The notes: a model not told the origin generated them from the letters alone. A stretch of 64,000 nt of DNA from an uncultured Planctomycetaceae bacterium (GCA_963715755.1 OY970273.1:667287-731286); one strand, 5' to 3'. Positions 1-10,797 are shown, counted from the first letter of the stretch. Translations and numbers: made by a program.

Positions 1-1
1 G

Positions 2-949
2 CGGCTGGTGGCCGCCGGCGCCGACGTGGTCTGCCTGGTCCGCGACTGGGTGCCGCAGTCGGAGTTGATCCGCTCGAAGTTGATCGATCGCGTGCGCACG
101 GTGCGTGGCGACGTGGCCGATCAGGCCCTGTTGGAACGCCTGCTGGGCGAGTACGAAATCGACACCGTGTTGCACCTGGCCGCCCAGGCCATCGTGGGCG
201 TGGCCAATGCGAACCCGGTGTCGACGTTCGAAAGCAACATTGCCGGCACCTGGGCATTGCTCGAGGCCTGCCGCCGCAGTCCCCGCGTCAAGCAGATCGT
301 CGTCGCGTCGAGCGACAAGGCCTACGGCGACCAGGAGGATCTGCCCTATCGCGAGACGGCGCCGCTCGATCCGCGGCATCCTTACGACGTAAGCAAGGCC
401 TGCGCCGACCTGATCGCCCGCTCGTACGCCTTGACCTACAACCTGCCCGTGGCCATCACGCGCTGCGGCAATTTCTACGGCGGCGGCGACCTGAACTGGA
501 ACCGCATCGTGCCGGGCACGATCCGCTCGGTGCTCCGGGGGCAGCGGCCGGTGATCCGCAGCGACGGCCAATTTGTCCGCGATTATTTCTACGTCGAAGA
601 CGGCGCCGCGGCCTATATGCATCTGGCCGAGCGGATGGCCGCCGACGAGGCGCTCCGCGGCGAAGCCTTCAATTTTTCCAACGAGCTGCAATTGAGCGTG
701 CTCGAGCTCGTGCGAAAGATTCTCGACGCCCTGGACGCCGACTTCGAGCCGCTGGTGCTGGGCACCGCGAGCCACGAAATCCGGCATCAGTATCTCAGTG
801 CCGAAAAGGCGCGCAGCGTGCTCGCCTGGCAACCGTTGTTTTCGCTCGACGAAGGATTGAGGCGGACGATCGAGTGGTACAAAAACTATCTGGAACCTGC
901 ATGCAACACTTACACGCTGCCTGTCGGTCGTGCGGCCAGATCGGCCTGA
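2..949 (+). CDS. NAD-dependent NDP-sugar 4,6-dehydratase/epimerase (SDR family); 5' end lies outside the window
   Basis: ORF 8..949, with the frame open to the window edge. SDR dehydratase hallmarks are present: [10 protein letters not shown] and the catalytic YxxxK as PYDVSKA. The layout resembles CDP/dTDP-glucose 4,6-dehydratases. It is the first gene of a sugar-modification cluster. Confidence 0.8.
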   Translation, partial: RLVAAGADVVCLVRDWVPQSELIRSKLIDRVRTVRGDVADQALLERLLGEYEIDTVLHLAAQAIVGVANANPVSTFESNIAGTWALLEACRRSPRVKQIVVASSDKAYGDQEDLPYRETAPLDPRHPYDVSKACADLIARSYALTYNLPVAITRCGNFYGGGDLNWNRIVPGTIRSVLRGQRPVIRSDGQFVRDYFYVEDGAAAYMHLAERMAADEALRGEAFNFSNELQLSVLELVRKILDALDADFEPLVLGTASHEIRHQYLSAEKARSVLAWQPLFSLDEGLRRTIEWYKNYLEPACNTYTLPVGRAARSA

Positions 950-2130
950 CGCCCATCCTGTCGCTCGGCACGACCCCCCTGGCCAATCGGCTGTTGTCCG
1001 CGGATCAACTCGAGCTCGAAGAGCCGAAGTATCCGCTCGATCTGGTGGTCTGTCCGGGCTGCGCCCTGGTGCAGATCACGGAAACTGTGCCGGCCGAAGA
1101 ACTGTTCGGCGAGTACGCCTACTTCTCGTCCTTCTCCGATTCGATGCTCGCGCACTCCCGCCAGCTCGTCGAACGGGTGATCCGCGAGCGGAAACTGAAT
1201 TGCCGCAGCCTGGTGATCGAGATCGCCAGCAACGACGGCTACCTGCTGCAATACTATCGGCACGCCGACGTGCCGGTGTTGGGCATCGAGCCGGCCGCCA
1301 ACGTGGCCGAACATGCCCAGAGCAGCCGGGGAATTCCCACCCTGCCCCGCTTTTTCTCGCGCGAGTTGGCGCTCGACATCGAGGGTTGCGGCCAGCCCGC
1401 CGACGTGGTGCACGCCAACAACGTGCTGGCCCACGTGGCCGACCTGAACGGCTTCGTGGCCGGCTTGCGGACCTTGCTCAAGCCGAGCGGCCTGGGCATC
1501 CTCGAAGTTCCCTACGTCCGCGATCTGGTCGAACGTGTCGAATTCGACACGATCTATCACGAGCATTTGTGCTATTTCTCGCTCACCTCGATCGAGCCCT
1601 TGTTCGCCAAATACGGACTGGTGATCACCGACGTCGAACGGCTGCAGGTGCACGGCGGCTCGCTGCGCTTGTTCGTCGCGCGGCAGGGACGCCCGAGCCC
1701 CAGCGTGCGGCACTTGCTCACGGAAGAGGCCGCGCTGGGTGTCGACCGGCCCGAGTATTACCGCGATTTCGGCCGCCAGGTCGAGAAGCTCCGTAGCGAC
1801 CTGGTGCTGCTGCTCGAGAAACTCAAGGGCCAGGGTTGCCGGATCGTAGCCTACGGCGCCTCGGCCAAGGGCAGCACCCTGTTGAACTACTGCGGTATCG
1901 GCCCGGACGTGATCGATTACGTCGTCGACCGCAGCACGGTCAAGCAAGGCCGCTACACGCCCGGCACGCACCTGGCGATCCATTCGCCCGACAAACTGGC
2001 CGAAGCGCGTCCGGACTATGCACTGCTGTTGAGCTGGAATCTTGCCGAGGAGATTCTCGCCCAGCAGCAGGGCTACCGGCAGGGCGGCGGGCAATTCATC
2101 ATTCCGATTCCGCACGTCCGCGTGGCCTGA
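901..2130 (+). CDS. NDP-hexose C-methyltransferase (TylCIII-like; zinc ribbon + SAM methyltransferase + C-terminal C-MT domain)
   Basis: ORF 874..2130 with an ATG at 901. It has an N-terminal Cys4 ribbon (CRSCG...CPGC), a SAM-binding core ([12 protein letters not shown]) and a C-terminal domain typical of sugar C-methyltransferases. Confidence 0.8.
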   Translation: MQHLHAACRSCGQIGLTPILSLGTTPLANRLLSADQLELEEPKYPLDLVVCPGCALVQITETVPAEELFGEYAYFSSFSDSMLAHSRQLVERVIRERKLNCRSLVIEIASNDGYLLQYYRHADVPVLGIEPAANVAEHAQSSRGIPTLPRFFSRELALDIEGCGQPADVVHANNVLAHVADLNGFVAGLRTLLKPSGLGILEVPYVRDLVERVEFDTIYHEHLCYFSLTSIEPLFAKYGLVITDVERLQVHGGSLRLFVARQGRPSPSVRHLLTEEAALGVDRPEYYRDFGRQVEKLRSDLVLLLEKLKGQGCRIVAYGASAKGSTLLNYCGIGPDVIDYVVDRSTVKQGRYTPGTHLAIHSPDKLAEARPDYALLLSWNLAEEILAQQQGYRQGGGQFIIPIPHVRVA

Positions 2131-2147
2131 GAAAGCAAAGAGCGGCC

Positions 2148-2696
2148 GTGAAATTCCGTCAGACGCAACTGCCGGGCGCGATGCTCGTCGAGCCCGAGCG
2201 GCACTGCGACGAACGGGGATTTTTCGCCCGCACCTGGTGCCGGGAGGAGTTCGCGGCCCAGGGCCTGGACGTCGCGCTGGTGCAGTGCAGCGTGTCGTAC
2301 AACCTGCGGCGGGGAACGTTTCGCGGCCTGCACTACCAGCGCCCGCCGCATGCCGAGCACAAGCTGGTGCGCTGCACGCGCGGCGCGCTGTGCGACGTGC
2401 TGGTCGATCTGCGCGCCGATTCGCCGCAATACGGCCGCTGGCAGGCATTCGAGCTGTCGGCCGAAAACCGGCTGCAGCTGTTCGTTCCGCCGGGCATCGC
2501 GCACGGCTTCCTGACGCTCACCGACGACTGCGAAGTCTTCTACCAGATGTCCGGGGTTTACGTGCCCGCGGCCGCCGCCGGCGTGCGCTACGACGATCCG
2601 GCGCTGGGGATCGTCTTGCCCGAGCCGGTGCGCGTCATCGCCCAGCGCGATCTGGAGTTTCCCGATTTTGCCGAGGTGGCCCATGCCCGGGGATAA
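2148..2696 (+). CDS. dTDP-4-dehydrorhamnose 3,5-epimerase-like cupin (RmlC family)
   Basis: C-terminal part of ORF 1836..2696, with a GTG start at 2148. RmlC signatures present: RGLHYQ, KLVRCTRGALCDVLVDLR, FVPPGIAHGF. Confidence 0.85.
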   Translation: MKFRQTQLPGAMLVEPERHCDERGFFARTWCREEFAAQGLDVALVQCSVSYNLRRGTFRGLHYQRPPHAEHKLVRCTRGALCDVLVDLRADSPQYGRWQAFELSAENRLQLFVPPGIAHGFLTLTDDCEVFYQMSGVYVPAAAAGVRYDDPALGIVLPEPVRVIAQRDLEFPDFAEVAHARG

Positions 2697-3411
2697 CGCC
2701 CTCTCGACCGCCGCTGCCTGCGGATCGGCCGGCGCCGAGCTTGCGCCCGGCGGCTGGGTTCGATCCTGGAAGCAGCCGGCGGCGCGGCGCGGGATCGACA
2801 TCCGAGACGTGCGCGGCGCAGCAGTAGGCCGGCTGGTGCCGGTCGATGCCCAGCAGGCCGCCGACGAACGAGTGATCGCCGCCATGACGCGCTGGCGCAC
2901 GCAGCATGGCTCGACGTTCTTCAGCCAGTTCGCTCCCACCTGTGAGCGCACCGGCCGCTGGCTGCAAAAGTATCTGGCCGACGACCAGCGATTGCTGCTC
3001 CTGATTTGCGACGCGGCGGGCAATCGGATCGGCAATGTCGGGCTCTGCGGCATCCAGGCCGGAGCGGCCGAATTGGACAACGTGATCCGCGCCGAACCGA
3101 CGACCGTTCCGCGGATGGGCTATCTGGCCACCCGGGCCTTGATCGCCTGGTGGTTCGGCGAAATGTCGGCCGGCCGGCTCACGCTGCGCGTGTTTTCCGA
3201 CAACCTCCGGGCCATCGCCTTGTACGATGCGCTCGGTTTTCGCTGCGACGCGGTCATTCCGGTCGTGGCCGAAAGTCTGGATGAGGAGATCCGCTATCGA
3301 CCGGCCGGCGCCGACCAGGCTCCGCAGGCCGAGCGCCACTGGCTGGCGATGTCGCTGGCGGCCCGTGCCTGGCGACGGCAGGCCTGTTCGCAATCGGGCG
3401 CGCGGGCATAA
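2683..3411 (+). CDS. GNAT-family N-acetyltransferase (probable amino-sugar N-acetyltransferase)
   Basis: ORF 2668..3411. The ATG at 2683 overlaps the end of the upstream epimerase gene. It has a GNAT-like core (RLTLRVFSDNLRAIALYDALGF) and sits in a sugar cluster. Confidence 0.6.
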   Translation: MPGDNALSTAAACGSAGAELAPGGWVRSWKQPAARRGIDIRDVRGAAVGRLVPVDAQQAADERVIAAMTRWRTQHGSTFFSQFAPTCERTGRWLQKYLADDQRLLLLICDAAGNRIGNVGLCGIQAGAAELDNVIRAEPTTVPRMGYLATRALIAWWFGEMSAGRLTLRVFSDNLRAIALYDALGFRCDAVIPVVAESLDEEIRYRPAGADQAPQAERHWLAMSLAARAWRRQACSQSGARA

Positions 3412-3491
3412 ACCGTCCGACTTTGGCAATGCGCGGTTCGACTTTGTCACCCCGCCCGGTTTTTGACCAGTTCGACAGACGGGAAAGCAGC

Positions 3492-4232
3492 ATGAGCGAA
3501 ATCGAACGCTTCCGCGGCGAAGTGCAAGACAACATCCGGCAACTGGGTGCCGATCCCGACCTGCGGGCGCTCAGCCGGATCTGGCTGCGCGAAGCCGGAC
3601 GATTCAAGTACTCGTACAACTTCAGCTGGATGGGGCGGCCGGTCATCCAGTTTCCGCAAGATCTCGTGGCCATGCAGGAAATCATCTGGCGCGTGCGGCC
3701 GCGGCTGATCGTCGAAACCGGCATCGCCCACGGCGGCTCGCTGGTTTTCTACGCCTCGATGCTCGAACTGCTGGGGGGAGACGGACTGGTGCTGGGCATC
3801 GACATCGACATTCGCGCGCACAATCGCCGCGAAATCGAGGCCCATCCGATGTTCAAGCGGATCCGCATGCTCGAGGGATCGTCGATCGACCCGCAGATCG
3901 TCGCCGAGGTGCATCGGCTGGCCGGCGATCGACAACCGGTGATCGTGACGCTCGACTCGAACCACACCCACGACCACGTGCTGGCCGAACTCGAGGCCTA
4001 TGCCGGCCTCGTGCGCAAGGGGAGCTACCTGGTCGTCTTCGACACGGTGATCGAAGATATGCCTGCCGGCTCGTTTCCCGACCGGCCGTGGGACAAGGGC
4101 AACAACGCCAAGACCGCCGTGCACGAATTCCTGCGCCGCACGCCGCGCTTCACGATCGACCGCCAGACGGAAGACAAGCTGCAGATCACCGTGGCCCCGG
4201 ACGGCTACCTGCTGTGCACCGCCGATCCCTGA
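3492..4232 (+). CDS. CmcI/cephalosporin-hydroxylase-family methyltransferase (sugar O-methyltransferase-like)
   Basis: ORF 3423..4232 with an ATG at 3492. It shows the characteristic CmcI-family N-terminus (YSYNFSWMGRPVIQFPQDLVAMQE) and a SAM-binding segment (IVETGIAHGGSLVF). Confidence 0.75.
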   Translation: MSEIERFRGEVQDNIRQLGADPDLRALSRIWLREAGRFKYSYNFSWMGRPVIQFPQDLVAMQEIIWRVRPRLIVETGIAHGGSLVFYASMLELLGGDGLVLGIDIDIRAHNRREIEAHPMFKRIRMLEGSSIDPQIVAEVHRLAGDRQPVIVTLDSNHTHDHVLAELEAYAGLVRKGSYLVVFDTVIEDMPAGSFPDRPWDKGNNAKTAVHEFLRRTPRFTIDRQTEDKLQITVAPDGYLLCTADP

Positions 4233-4278
4233 GTGCCCCCGAACAACGCAAAGTCACGTTTTGCGACAGGATGTTGCC

Positions 4279-5439
4279 ATGCAGAGAATCCCGGTTTCCG
4301 GCCCGTCGATCACGCAAAAAGAGATCGACTACGTCACCGATGCGGTTACGAACTGCTGGTACGGCCAGGCGAACGTGTATCACGACCGGTTCGAGGCGGC
4401 GTTTGCCCGCTCCTTGGGCGTGAAGCACGCGGTGGCCTTGCCATCGTGCACCTCCGCCATCCACCTGGCGCTCGCCGCGCTCGGCGTGGGCCCGGCAGAC
4501 GAGGTGGTCGTGCCGGACATTACCTGGATCGCCTCGGCCGCGCCAATTTCGTACCTCGGCGCCACCCCGGTCTTTGCCGACGTCGAGGCCGAAAGCTGGT
4601 GCCTGGACGCGCAGTCGTTCGAAGCCGTGCTGACGCCGCGGACCAAAGCCGTGATCGCGGTCGACCTGTACGGCAACCTGCCCCGGCTGGACGAGATTCG
4701 CCGCATTGCCTCGCGCCGCGGCATCGCGATCGTCGAAGACGCCGCCGAAGCCATCGGCTCGCTCTTCCAGGGGCGCCCCGCGGGCAGCCTGGGAGACATC
4801 GGCGTGTTCAGCTTCCACGGCTCGAAGACCATGACCACCGGCGAAGGCGGTATGTTGGTCACCGACCGCGACGACATCCACGAGCGAACGCTTTTCCTGC
4901 GCGATCATGGACGCCGGCCGGGCGACAAAATGTTCTGGAACAGCGAAGTCGCCTACAAGTACAAGATGAGCAGCATGCAGGCCGCGCTTGGCCTGGCGCA
5001 GCTGGAGCGGCTCGACGAACTGGTCGCGCACAAGCGGCAGATTTTCGCCTGGTATCGCCAGGCGCTCAGCGGCTGCCGCCACGTGTCGCTCAACCACGAA
5101 GCCGCCGACGTCAAGAATACCTATTGGATGGTTACGGCGCTGGTCGACCCGGGGCTGGGCCTGGCCAAGGAGCCGCTGATCGACCAAATGGCCGAGGCCG
5201 GCGTCGATTGCCGCCCGTTCTTTTATCCCCTCAGTTCCTTGCCGGCCTATGTCGGCTCTGTGCAGGCCCGTCGAGCCCAACTGCAGAATCGCGTCAGCTA
5301 CGAAGTGAGTCCCTGGGGTATCAACCTGCCCAGCGGTCTGAACCTGACGCCCGAGTTGGTCGAACAAGCGGCGGCGGCCCTGGTGCGAATCGTAACGCGC
5401 GAGGCCCGGCGGCACCGGCTGTCGCGGCAGGCGGCGTGA
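4279..5439 (+). CDS. DegT/DnrJ/EryC1/StrS-family PLP-dependent sugar aminotransferase
   Basis: ORF 4261..5439 with an ATG at 4279. It has the PLP-lysine context FSFHGSKTMTTGEGG and the overall DegT layout. Confidence 0.85.
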   Translation: MQRIPVSGPSITQKEIDYVTDAVTNCWYGQANVYHDRFEAAFARSLGVKHAVALPSCTSAIHLALAALGVGPADEVVVPDITWIASAAPISYLGATPVFADVEAESWCLDAQSFEAVLTPRTKAVIAVDLYGNLPRLDEIRRIASRRGIAIVEDAAEAIGSLFQGRPAGSLGDIGVFSFHGSKTMTTGEGGMLVTDRDDIHERTLFLRDHGRRPGDKMFWNSEVAYKYKMSSMQAALGLAQLERLDELVAHKRQIFAWYRQALSGCRHVSLNHEAADVKNTYWMVTALVDPGLGLAKEPLIDQMAEAGVDCRPFFYPLSSLPAYVGSVQARRAQLQNRVSYEVSPWGINLPSGLNLTPELVEQAAAALVRIVTREARRHRLSRQAA

Positions 5440-5501
5440 ACCGGCCGGCGCGGCCGGCGCTTTCGGCCGCGCGAAAATCCTGGTCCCAGCGGAGCGGATG
5501 C

Positions 5502-6509
5502 ATGAGCGCGGAATTGCCTTTGGTGTCGGTCGGGGTGCCGGTCTACAACGGCGCGCGGTTTCTGGCCGCGGCCCTCAAGTCGATCGTCGAGCAGGATTAT
5601 CCGAACCTCGAAATCCTGATCTCGGACAACGCTTCCACCGACGCCACGGCGGATATTTGCCGCCAGTTTGCCGAGCGCGACCCGCGGATCGTCTATGTCC
5701 GCAATGCCGAGAACATCGGCGGGCTGCGCAATTTCGCGGCTGTGCTGGCCCGGGCGCGGGGTAAGTATTTCCTCTGGGCAGCCGACGACGACACGCGCAA
5801 TCCCGAGTATGTGCGCCGCCTGGTCGATGGGCTCGAAGCGACCCCCGGCGCGGTTCTGGCGACGCCGGCGATCATCCAGGTCGACATCGAAGGGCATTAC
5901 CTGCACGAGCCGATCGATCGACCGGCGCTGGCCGGCCGCTCGCTCGACAATTTGCGCCGCTACTGCAAAGACTCGCCGCACGGCTGGTTCTATGGCCTGT
6001 GGCGCACCGACTACGTGGGGCCGCGGCTGGCCGAAATGCAGCGCTGGCCGGTCTGGGGAGCCGACGTGATGTTTCTGCTCACGGTCGTGCTCAATCAGGC
6101 CATGGCCGGCGACGAGCGGGCGATCCTGTACCGCCGCAAGAAACCCAACGGCTACGCCCCCCGCACCGCTCGGGCCAAGCTGAATTGCCTCTGCTATATG
6201 ACGTACTACCTGACCCAGACCTGCTGGCATTACGACGGGCCAGCCCGCGAGCGGCGCCAGGCCATGCTGCTGGTGGCCCGGTTCTTTTATCACGGCTGGA
6301 TCCGCCGTTCGAGTCTGGTCAGCACGATCTGGTATCACGCCCGATTGCTCGTGGCGGCCGCGCTGAGCAGCGTCTGGCTGGGGCTCAAGGCACTTTTCGG
6401 GGCCCGGCCGAAGGTTGCCCCCGCCAGCGCCATAGCGCCCGTCGCAACGGGGACACCGCCTGGGGACGCGGCCGGCGGCGTAGCAGAAACGATGAACCGC
6501 GCCGCTTAA
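5502..6509 (+). CDS. Family 2 glycosyltransferase
   Basis: C-terminal part of ORF 4233..6509 with an ATG at 5502. GT2 motifs present: VSVGVPVYNGARFL, ISDNASTD, WAADDD. Confidence 0.8.
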   Translation: MSAELPLVSVGVPVYNGARFLAAALKSIVEQDYPNLEILISDNASTDATADICRQFAERDPRIVYVRNAENIGGLRNFAAVLARARGKYFLWAADDDTRNPEYVRRLVDGLEATPGAVLATPAIIQVDIEGHYLHEPIDRPALAGRSLDNLRRYCKDSPHGWFYGLWRTDYVGPRLAEMQRWPVWGADVMFLLTVVLNQAMAGDERAILYRRKKPNGYAPRTARAKLNCLCYMTYYLTQTCWHYDGPARERRQAMLLVARFFYHGWIRRSSLVSTIWYHARLLVAAALSSVWLGLKALFGARPKVAPASAIAPVATGTPPGDAAGGVAETMNRAA

Positions 6510-6516
6510 CGGCCCT

Positions 6517-7548
6517 TCACATTGCGGCCCGGTTCGCCCGGCCGAGCAGTTCGCTCACCCGGCGGCCCAGCCACTTGCGTCCCCGCCGCAGCCGCCGCTC
6601 CTGGCGATTGACGAGGGCCAGCACACGTTCCAGCGCCGGCGGCCGCTGGCCGGCCCAGGCGGTGCGGTCGAGATAGCGGAAGAACTCGCCGCGCCAGGGA
6701 TGTTCGCATTTGGCCCGCCAGGGCTTGGCGGCGCTGTTGAAATGGATGATCCAGGGATCTTCGCGCAGCTCGCGGAGCGACTCGGCGTCGAAGGGGCTTT
6801 GCTCCCAGCTGGGAAAGGCAAACGCGTGAATGCCCACGTTCCAGCGGCGATCGGTCTCGCGCCAGCGGCCGGCGAGCACCACGTTCAGGGCATATTGATC
6901 CCACCAGGCGACGTGCTCCCGGTTTTCCGCCAGGCAGGCCAGGAGCTGTGCCGGCAGATCGATCCGGCGCCAGCCGGCCACGTCGATCAGCAGCACGCCG
7001 TCGTTGAAGTACTTGGCATCGGGCCGCAATCCCAGCTGGCGATAGTTCGGCACCGGATGCGGATGCAGGAACGGCTCGCAGCGGCGAAAATTCGGTAATG
7101 CCAACTCGCAATCGATAAACGGCGCGCCGCAGTCTTGCGCGGCGACGCCCAGGCAGCCGGCGAAATCCTCGTCCCACAGCCGCCCCAAGTCGCCGCGGAC
7201 GATCAGGTCCGAATCGAGGTATAGCGCCCGATCGACGTCCGTGGGCAGCAACCGCGAGGTCAGGATGCGGAAATAGGCCTGCACCTGGATATGTCCCGAG
7301 ATCGGCAAGCCCGCGAGCGACTGGGCATCGACCGTGACCCATTCGACGTCGAACCGGCCGGCCGGCCAGGACGCCACGACGCGCTCGCGCGTGGCCGGCA
7401 GAATGCCTCCGTCGAGCACGAAAATTCGCAGCCGGCGATCGGCGGCCAGGTTGTCAATCGCCGAGCGGACCGTGACGGCCAGCGGCATGGCGAACTTGTC
7501 GTCCGCCGCCAGGACCAACACGGGGTCCGCCTGTTGTGCGTGGCTCAT
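6517..7548 (-). CDS. Family 8 glycosyltransferase (LPS galactosyl/glucosyltransferase-like)
   Basis: ORF 6517..7548. GT8 motifs present: LAADDKFAMPLAV, the DxD motif in YLDSDLIV, and HFNSAAKPW. Confidence 0.8.
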   Translation of the reverse strand: MSHAQQADPVLVLAADDKFAMPLAVTVRSAIDNLAADRRLRIFVLDGGILPATRERVVASWPAGRFDVEWVTVDAQSLAGLPISGHIQVQAYFRILTSRLLPTDVDRALYLDSDLIVRGDLGRLWDEDFAGCLGVAAQDCGAPFIDCELALPNFRRCEPFLHPHPVPNYRQLGLRPDAKYFNDGVLLIDVAGWRRIDLPAQLLACLAENREHVAWWDQYALNVVLAGRWRETDRRWNVGIHAFAFPSWEQSPFDAESLRELREDPWIIHFNSAAKPWRAKCEHPWRGEFFRYLDRTAWAGQRPPALERVLALVNRQERRLRRGRKWLGRRVSELLGRANRAAM

Positions 7549-7801
7549 GGGTGCGCGGTGCCGTGGCTGGCTGCCGCTCGCGGTGGAAGTGCCCTTTTTC
7601 CCGCAGTTTGTGTAGTGAACTTCTCGAATTCAGGCAAGATCGGTTGGCCGGGGCAGAAGGTGATCGAGCGTCCAAAGGCCCTGGGCGTTGCTCCCTTCCC
7701 AGGGCGTGTGGGCGATTGCCGGGGGCCCTACCTTCCCGCTGGCTACGCCGGTAGACTACGATTCGCGTTCGGGATCGGAAATACTTTCGCCAAGACCGCA
7801 C

Positions 7802-8296
7802 ATGACCGCAGAAGCCAAACCGCTGGTCGGGATCATCATGGGGAGCAAGTCCGACTGGGACACGCTCCGCCACGCCGACGAGATGCTCACCCGGTTCGGC
7901 GTGCCGCACGAGTGCCGGGTGGTTTCGGCCCATCGCACGCCCGATTTGATGCGCGACTACGCCCAGGGCGCCGCCGAGCGCGGATTGGAAGTGATCATCG
8001 CCGGCGCCGGCGGCGCGGCGCATCTGCCGGGCATGGTCGCGGCGCACACGACGCTGCCGGTGCTCGGCGTGCCCGTTGAGTCGCACGCGCTCAAGGGGCT
8101 CGACTCGCTGCTTTCGATCGTACAAATGCCGGGGGGCGTGCCCGTGGCCACGCTGGCCATCGGCAAAGCCGGGGCGACGAACGCGGCGCTCCTGGCCGTC
8201 TCGATCCTGGCCCTGGCCCGGCCGGAGCTGCGCAGCCAGCTGGCCGAGTTCCGCCGCGAGCAAACCCAGCGCGTGCTCGGAGAGACGCTGCCGTGA
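7802..8296 (+). CDS. purE: N5-carboxyaminoimidazole ribonucleotide mutase
   Basis: ORF 7688..8296 with an ATG at 7802. PurE signatures present: [30 protein letters not shown]. Confidence 0.95.
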   Translation: MTAEAKPLVGIIMGSKSDWDTLRHADEMLTRFGVPHECRVVSAHRTPDLMRDYAQGAAERGLEVIIAGAGGAAHLPGMVAAHTTLPVLGVPVESHALKGLDSLLSIVQMPGGVPVATLAIGKAGATNAALLAVSILALARPELRSQLAEFRREQTQRVLGETLP

Positions 8297-9440
8297 CGCA
8301 AGCAATTCTGCCGGGCGCCACGATCGGGGTGCTGGGGAGCGGGCAACTCGGCCGCATGTTTGCCATCGCTGCCCGGCGGATGGGCTATCGGGTGCACACG
8401 TTCTCGCCCGACGACGACACGCCCACCGGCCAGGTTGCCGATCGCGAGCTGCGCGGCAACTACGACGATCTGGACGCGGTGCGTTCGTTTGCCCGCAACG
8501 TGGATCTGGTCACGTTCGAGTTCGAAAACATCCCGGCCCATTCGGCCGCCGCGGCCGCCGAGCTGGCCCCGGTCCGGCCCAGCGGCGACGTGCTCTACGT
8601 GACGCAACACCGGCTGCGCGAAAAGACGTATCTCTCCGAGCACGGTTTTCCGGTCGTCCCGTTCGTGCCTGTGCGCTCGCTGGAAGAACTGCAGGCGGCG
8701 CTCGGCCGGTTGGGCACTCCCGCTGTGCTGAAGACGGCCGGCTGGGGCTACGACGGCAAGGGCCAGTGCAAGCTGGCCAGCCCGGCGGAGGCCGCCAAAG
8801 CCTGGCAGTCGATCGGCGCAGGCGAGGCGGTGCTCGAAGCGTTTGTCGATTTCGAGTGCGAAGTGTCGGTCGTCGCCGGCGCGGGCTGGACGGATCGAGC
8901 GCCGATTTCGGCGTGGTCCGCAACGCGCACTCCAACCATATCCTGGACGTGACCCTGGCCCCCTCCGGCATCGCCGAGCCCTTGGCGGCCCAGGCCCGGG
9001 AGATTGCCGCCGCCGTGCTCCGCCAGCTGGACGTGGTGGGCGTGCTCTGCGTCGAGTTCTTCGTCACCCGCGACGGGCGCCTGCTCATCAACGAGCTGGC
9101 GCCGCGCCCCCACAATTCGGGCCATTTCACGTTCGACGCCTGCGTGACCAGCCAATTCGAACAGCAGCTCCGCGCGATCTGCGGCCTGGCGCTGGGTTCG
9201 ACCGAGCTGCTGCGCCCCGCTGCGATGGCCAATTTGCTGGGCGACCTGTGGCAGGACGGCGTGCCCGACTGGGCGGCAGCCTGCCGGTTTCCGCAAGTCA
9301 AACTGCACCTGTACGGCAAGGAACAAGCCCGAGTGGGCCGCAAGATGGGGCACCTGACCGCCCTGGCCGACACGCCGGAGCAGGCTCGGGAGATGGTTTT
9401 GTCCGCGCGCCGGGCCCTGGTCGAGCGAGGCGGCCGATGA
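8293..9440 (+). CDS. purK: N5-carboxyaminoimidazole ribonucleotide synthase (ATP-grasp), split by one apparent frameshift near 8875-8885
   Basis: The N-terminal half is ORF 8293..8952 ([12 protein letters not shown]...). The C-terminal half is the end of ORF 8076..9440 ([10 protein letters not shown]...[11 protein letters not shown]...). The two halves join naturally at EVSVVAG/RGLDGSS. The gene start overlaps the purE stop. Confidence 0.85.
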
Positions 9441-9887
9441 TCCTGGACACGATCGCCGGTGCGCCCAAATACCTGGCCATGCATGGGGGCATGGCCGCGG
9501 CCTGCGAATTCCTGGGTCGCAGCGATCTGGGCGAGCTGGCGCCCGGCCGCTACGAGATCGACGGCCCGCGCGTTTTGCGCTTGTCGAGCGGCCCGCGGGC
9601 CGAGGCACGGAGGGCGCCCGGTTGGAAATCCATCGCCGGCACATCGACATTCAAGTCTCGCTCTGCGGCTGCGAAGTGATCGGCTGGCGCCGCTCGACGC
9701 CTGCCGCTCGCCCGACGGCCCTTTCGACGAGTCGCGGGATGTCGGCTTCTTCACCGATCGCCCGGACGTCTGGATGCCGCTCGCCAAGGGGCAGTTCATG
9801 ATGTTCTGGCCGGCCGACGCCCATGCCCCGCTGGCAGGCGCAGGACCGCTGCACAAGGTGGTCGTCAAGCTGCTGGTTGAAGAGTAA
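9437..9887 (+). CDS. YhcH/YjgK/YiaL-family (DUF386) cupin protein, with two apparent frameshifts (~9575 and ~9685)
   Basis: The start overlaps the purK stop (ATGA). The N-terminus [18 protein letters not shown]...RYEIDGPRV is in frame 2. The middle FALVERPAGRGTEGARLEIHRRHIDIQVSLCGCEVIGW is in frame 1 (my own translation). The C-terminus DVGFFTDRPDVWMPLAKGQFMMFWPADAHAP is in ORF 9459..9887. Confidence 0.65.
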
Positions 9888-10068
9888 CGTTCTTCGCCTC
9901 GTTCGGTTCGCGGTGCTGGCGACACTCCAGCACGCTGGCAGCTCGCCAGGCCGCACGCTTCGCTGCGGCTCGCCCAGCGCTCTGGCGGCGCCCCTGGCGA
10001 CGGTCAGAACTGGCTCTCTTCCGGGCCGGCGCTTACAATGGGAGCCTGGCGGAAGGAGACGTGCCCGC

Positions 10069-10717
10069 ATGGCCTCGCTGGTTGACATTTCCGACAAACC
10101 GCCGCTCGCCGTGCGCCCGCCGCAATTCGGCTTGCGGGCGTTGCTGTTGGCCGTCACGCTTTGCGGCGTGCTGTTTGCGATCATGTCCGTGCTGGGCGGA
10201 TTGTGGTCGATCGGGCTGATCCTGCTGCTCGCCCTGATCGCCGCGCACGTGCTGGGCAATGCCCTGGGCACGCAGCTCGCGCGATGCCGCGGGGCAATCG
10301 AGCCGCCCCGCCGCGGCCGAGCGCCCCTACGATGCGGCCCGGCCCCCGGTTCCGCCAGCCCGGCGGCTACAGGAAAAAACTGGCGTCAATCGCCTGCTGC
10401 TCGTCCTGGCGGCCTTGGGAGCAGTGGCCGGTGGCACGGTTGGGGCGGTGGTCCTTGTCGCTGTGCTGGGGGACGACACGAGCGTGGCCGCGCTGGCGCT
10501 GGGAGTCGTGTCGGCAGCCGTGCTGGGCGGATTCTTCGCCTTCCTGCTATCGAGCTTCTGCTTCGTCTTTTCCCGCGCCTTGGGCGAGGCGCTGGGCGAT
10601 CCGGCCGCCGCCGGCGCCCGCGAGCGCCGCTACGCGCTCTCGGCTGGCTGGGCCCGCGGCGAGGAGCCGACGGGTTCGGCCCATCCGCCCCTGTCTGCGG
10701 GCGGGCGAATTCTTTAG
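10069..10717 (+). CDS. Hypothetical multi-pass membrane protein (probable frameshift ~10265-10285)
   Basis: ATG at 10069, preceded by GGAAGGAG. The N-terminal TM helices lie in the frame of ORF 9823..12630. Two more TM helices lie in ORF 10259..10717. No recognisable family. Confidence 0.4.
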
Positions 10718-10797
10718 ACTCGGGGGCGCTTGCCGCGTCGACCCGGTCGGCCGCTCGACATTGCTGCCCGCACCCGCTTGGAAAAAAGGATCCACCG

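Noticed and set aside
910-2448. 512-aa ORF on the minus strand. The same kind of long antisense ORF also occurs at 4186..5415, 13003..14499, 24700..25911, 26320..28056, 43675..44472, 49068..50888, 54022..56061 and 58730..60556.
   Set aside because: Each lies antisense to, or out of frame with, a gene carrying clear family motifs. Their products are Arg/Ala/Gly/Pro-rich with no recognisable motifs. Long spurious ORFs are expected at this G+C because stop codons are rare.
2755-2775. GGTTCGATCCTGG, a tRNA T-loop-like string.
   Set aside because: It lies inside the GNAT coding sequence. No acceptor, D or anticodon arms can be drawn around it.
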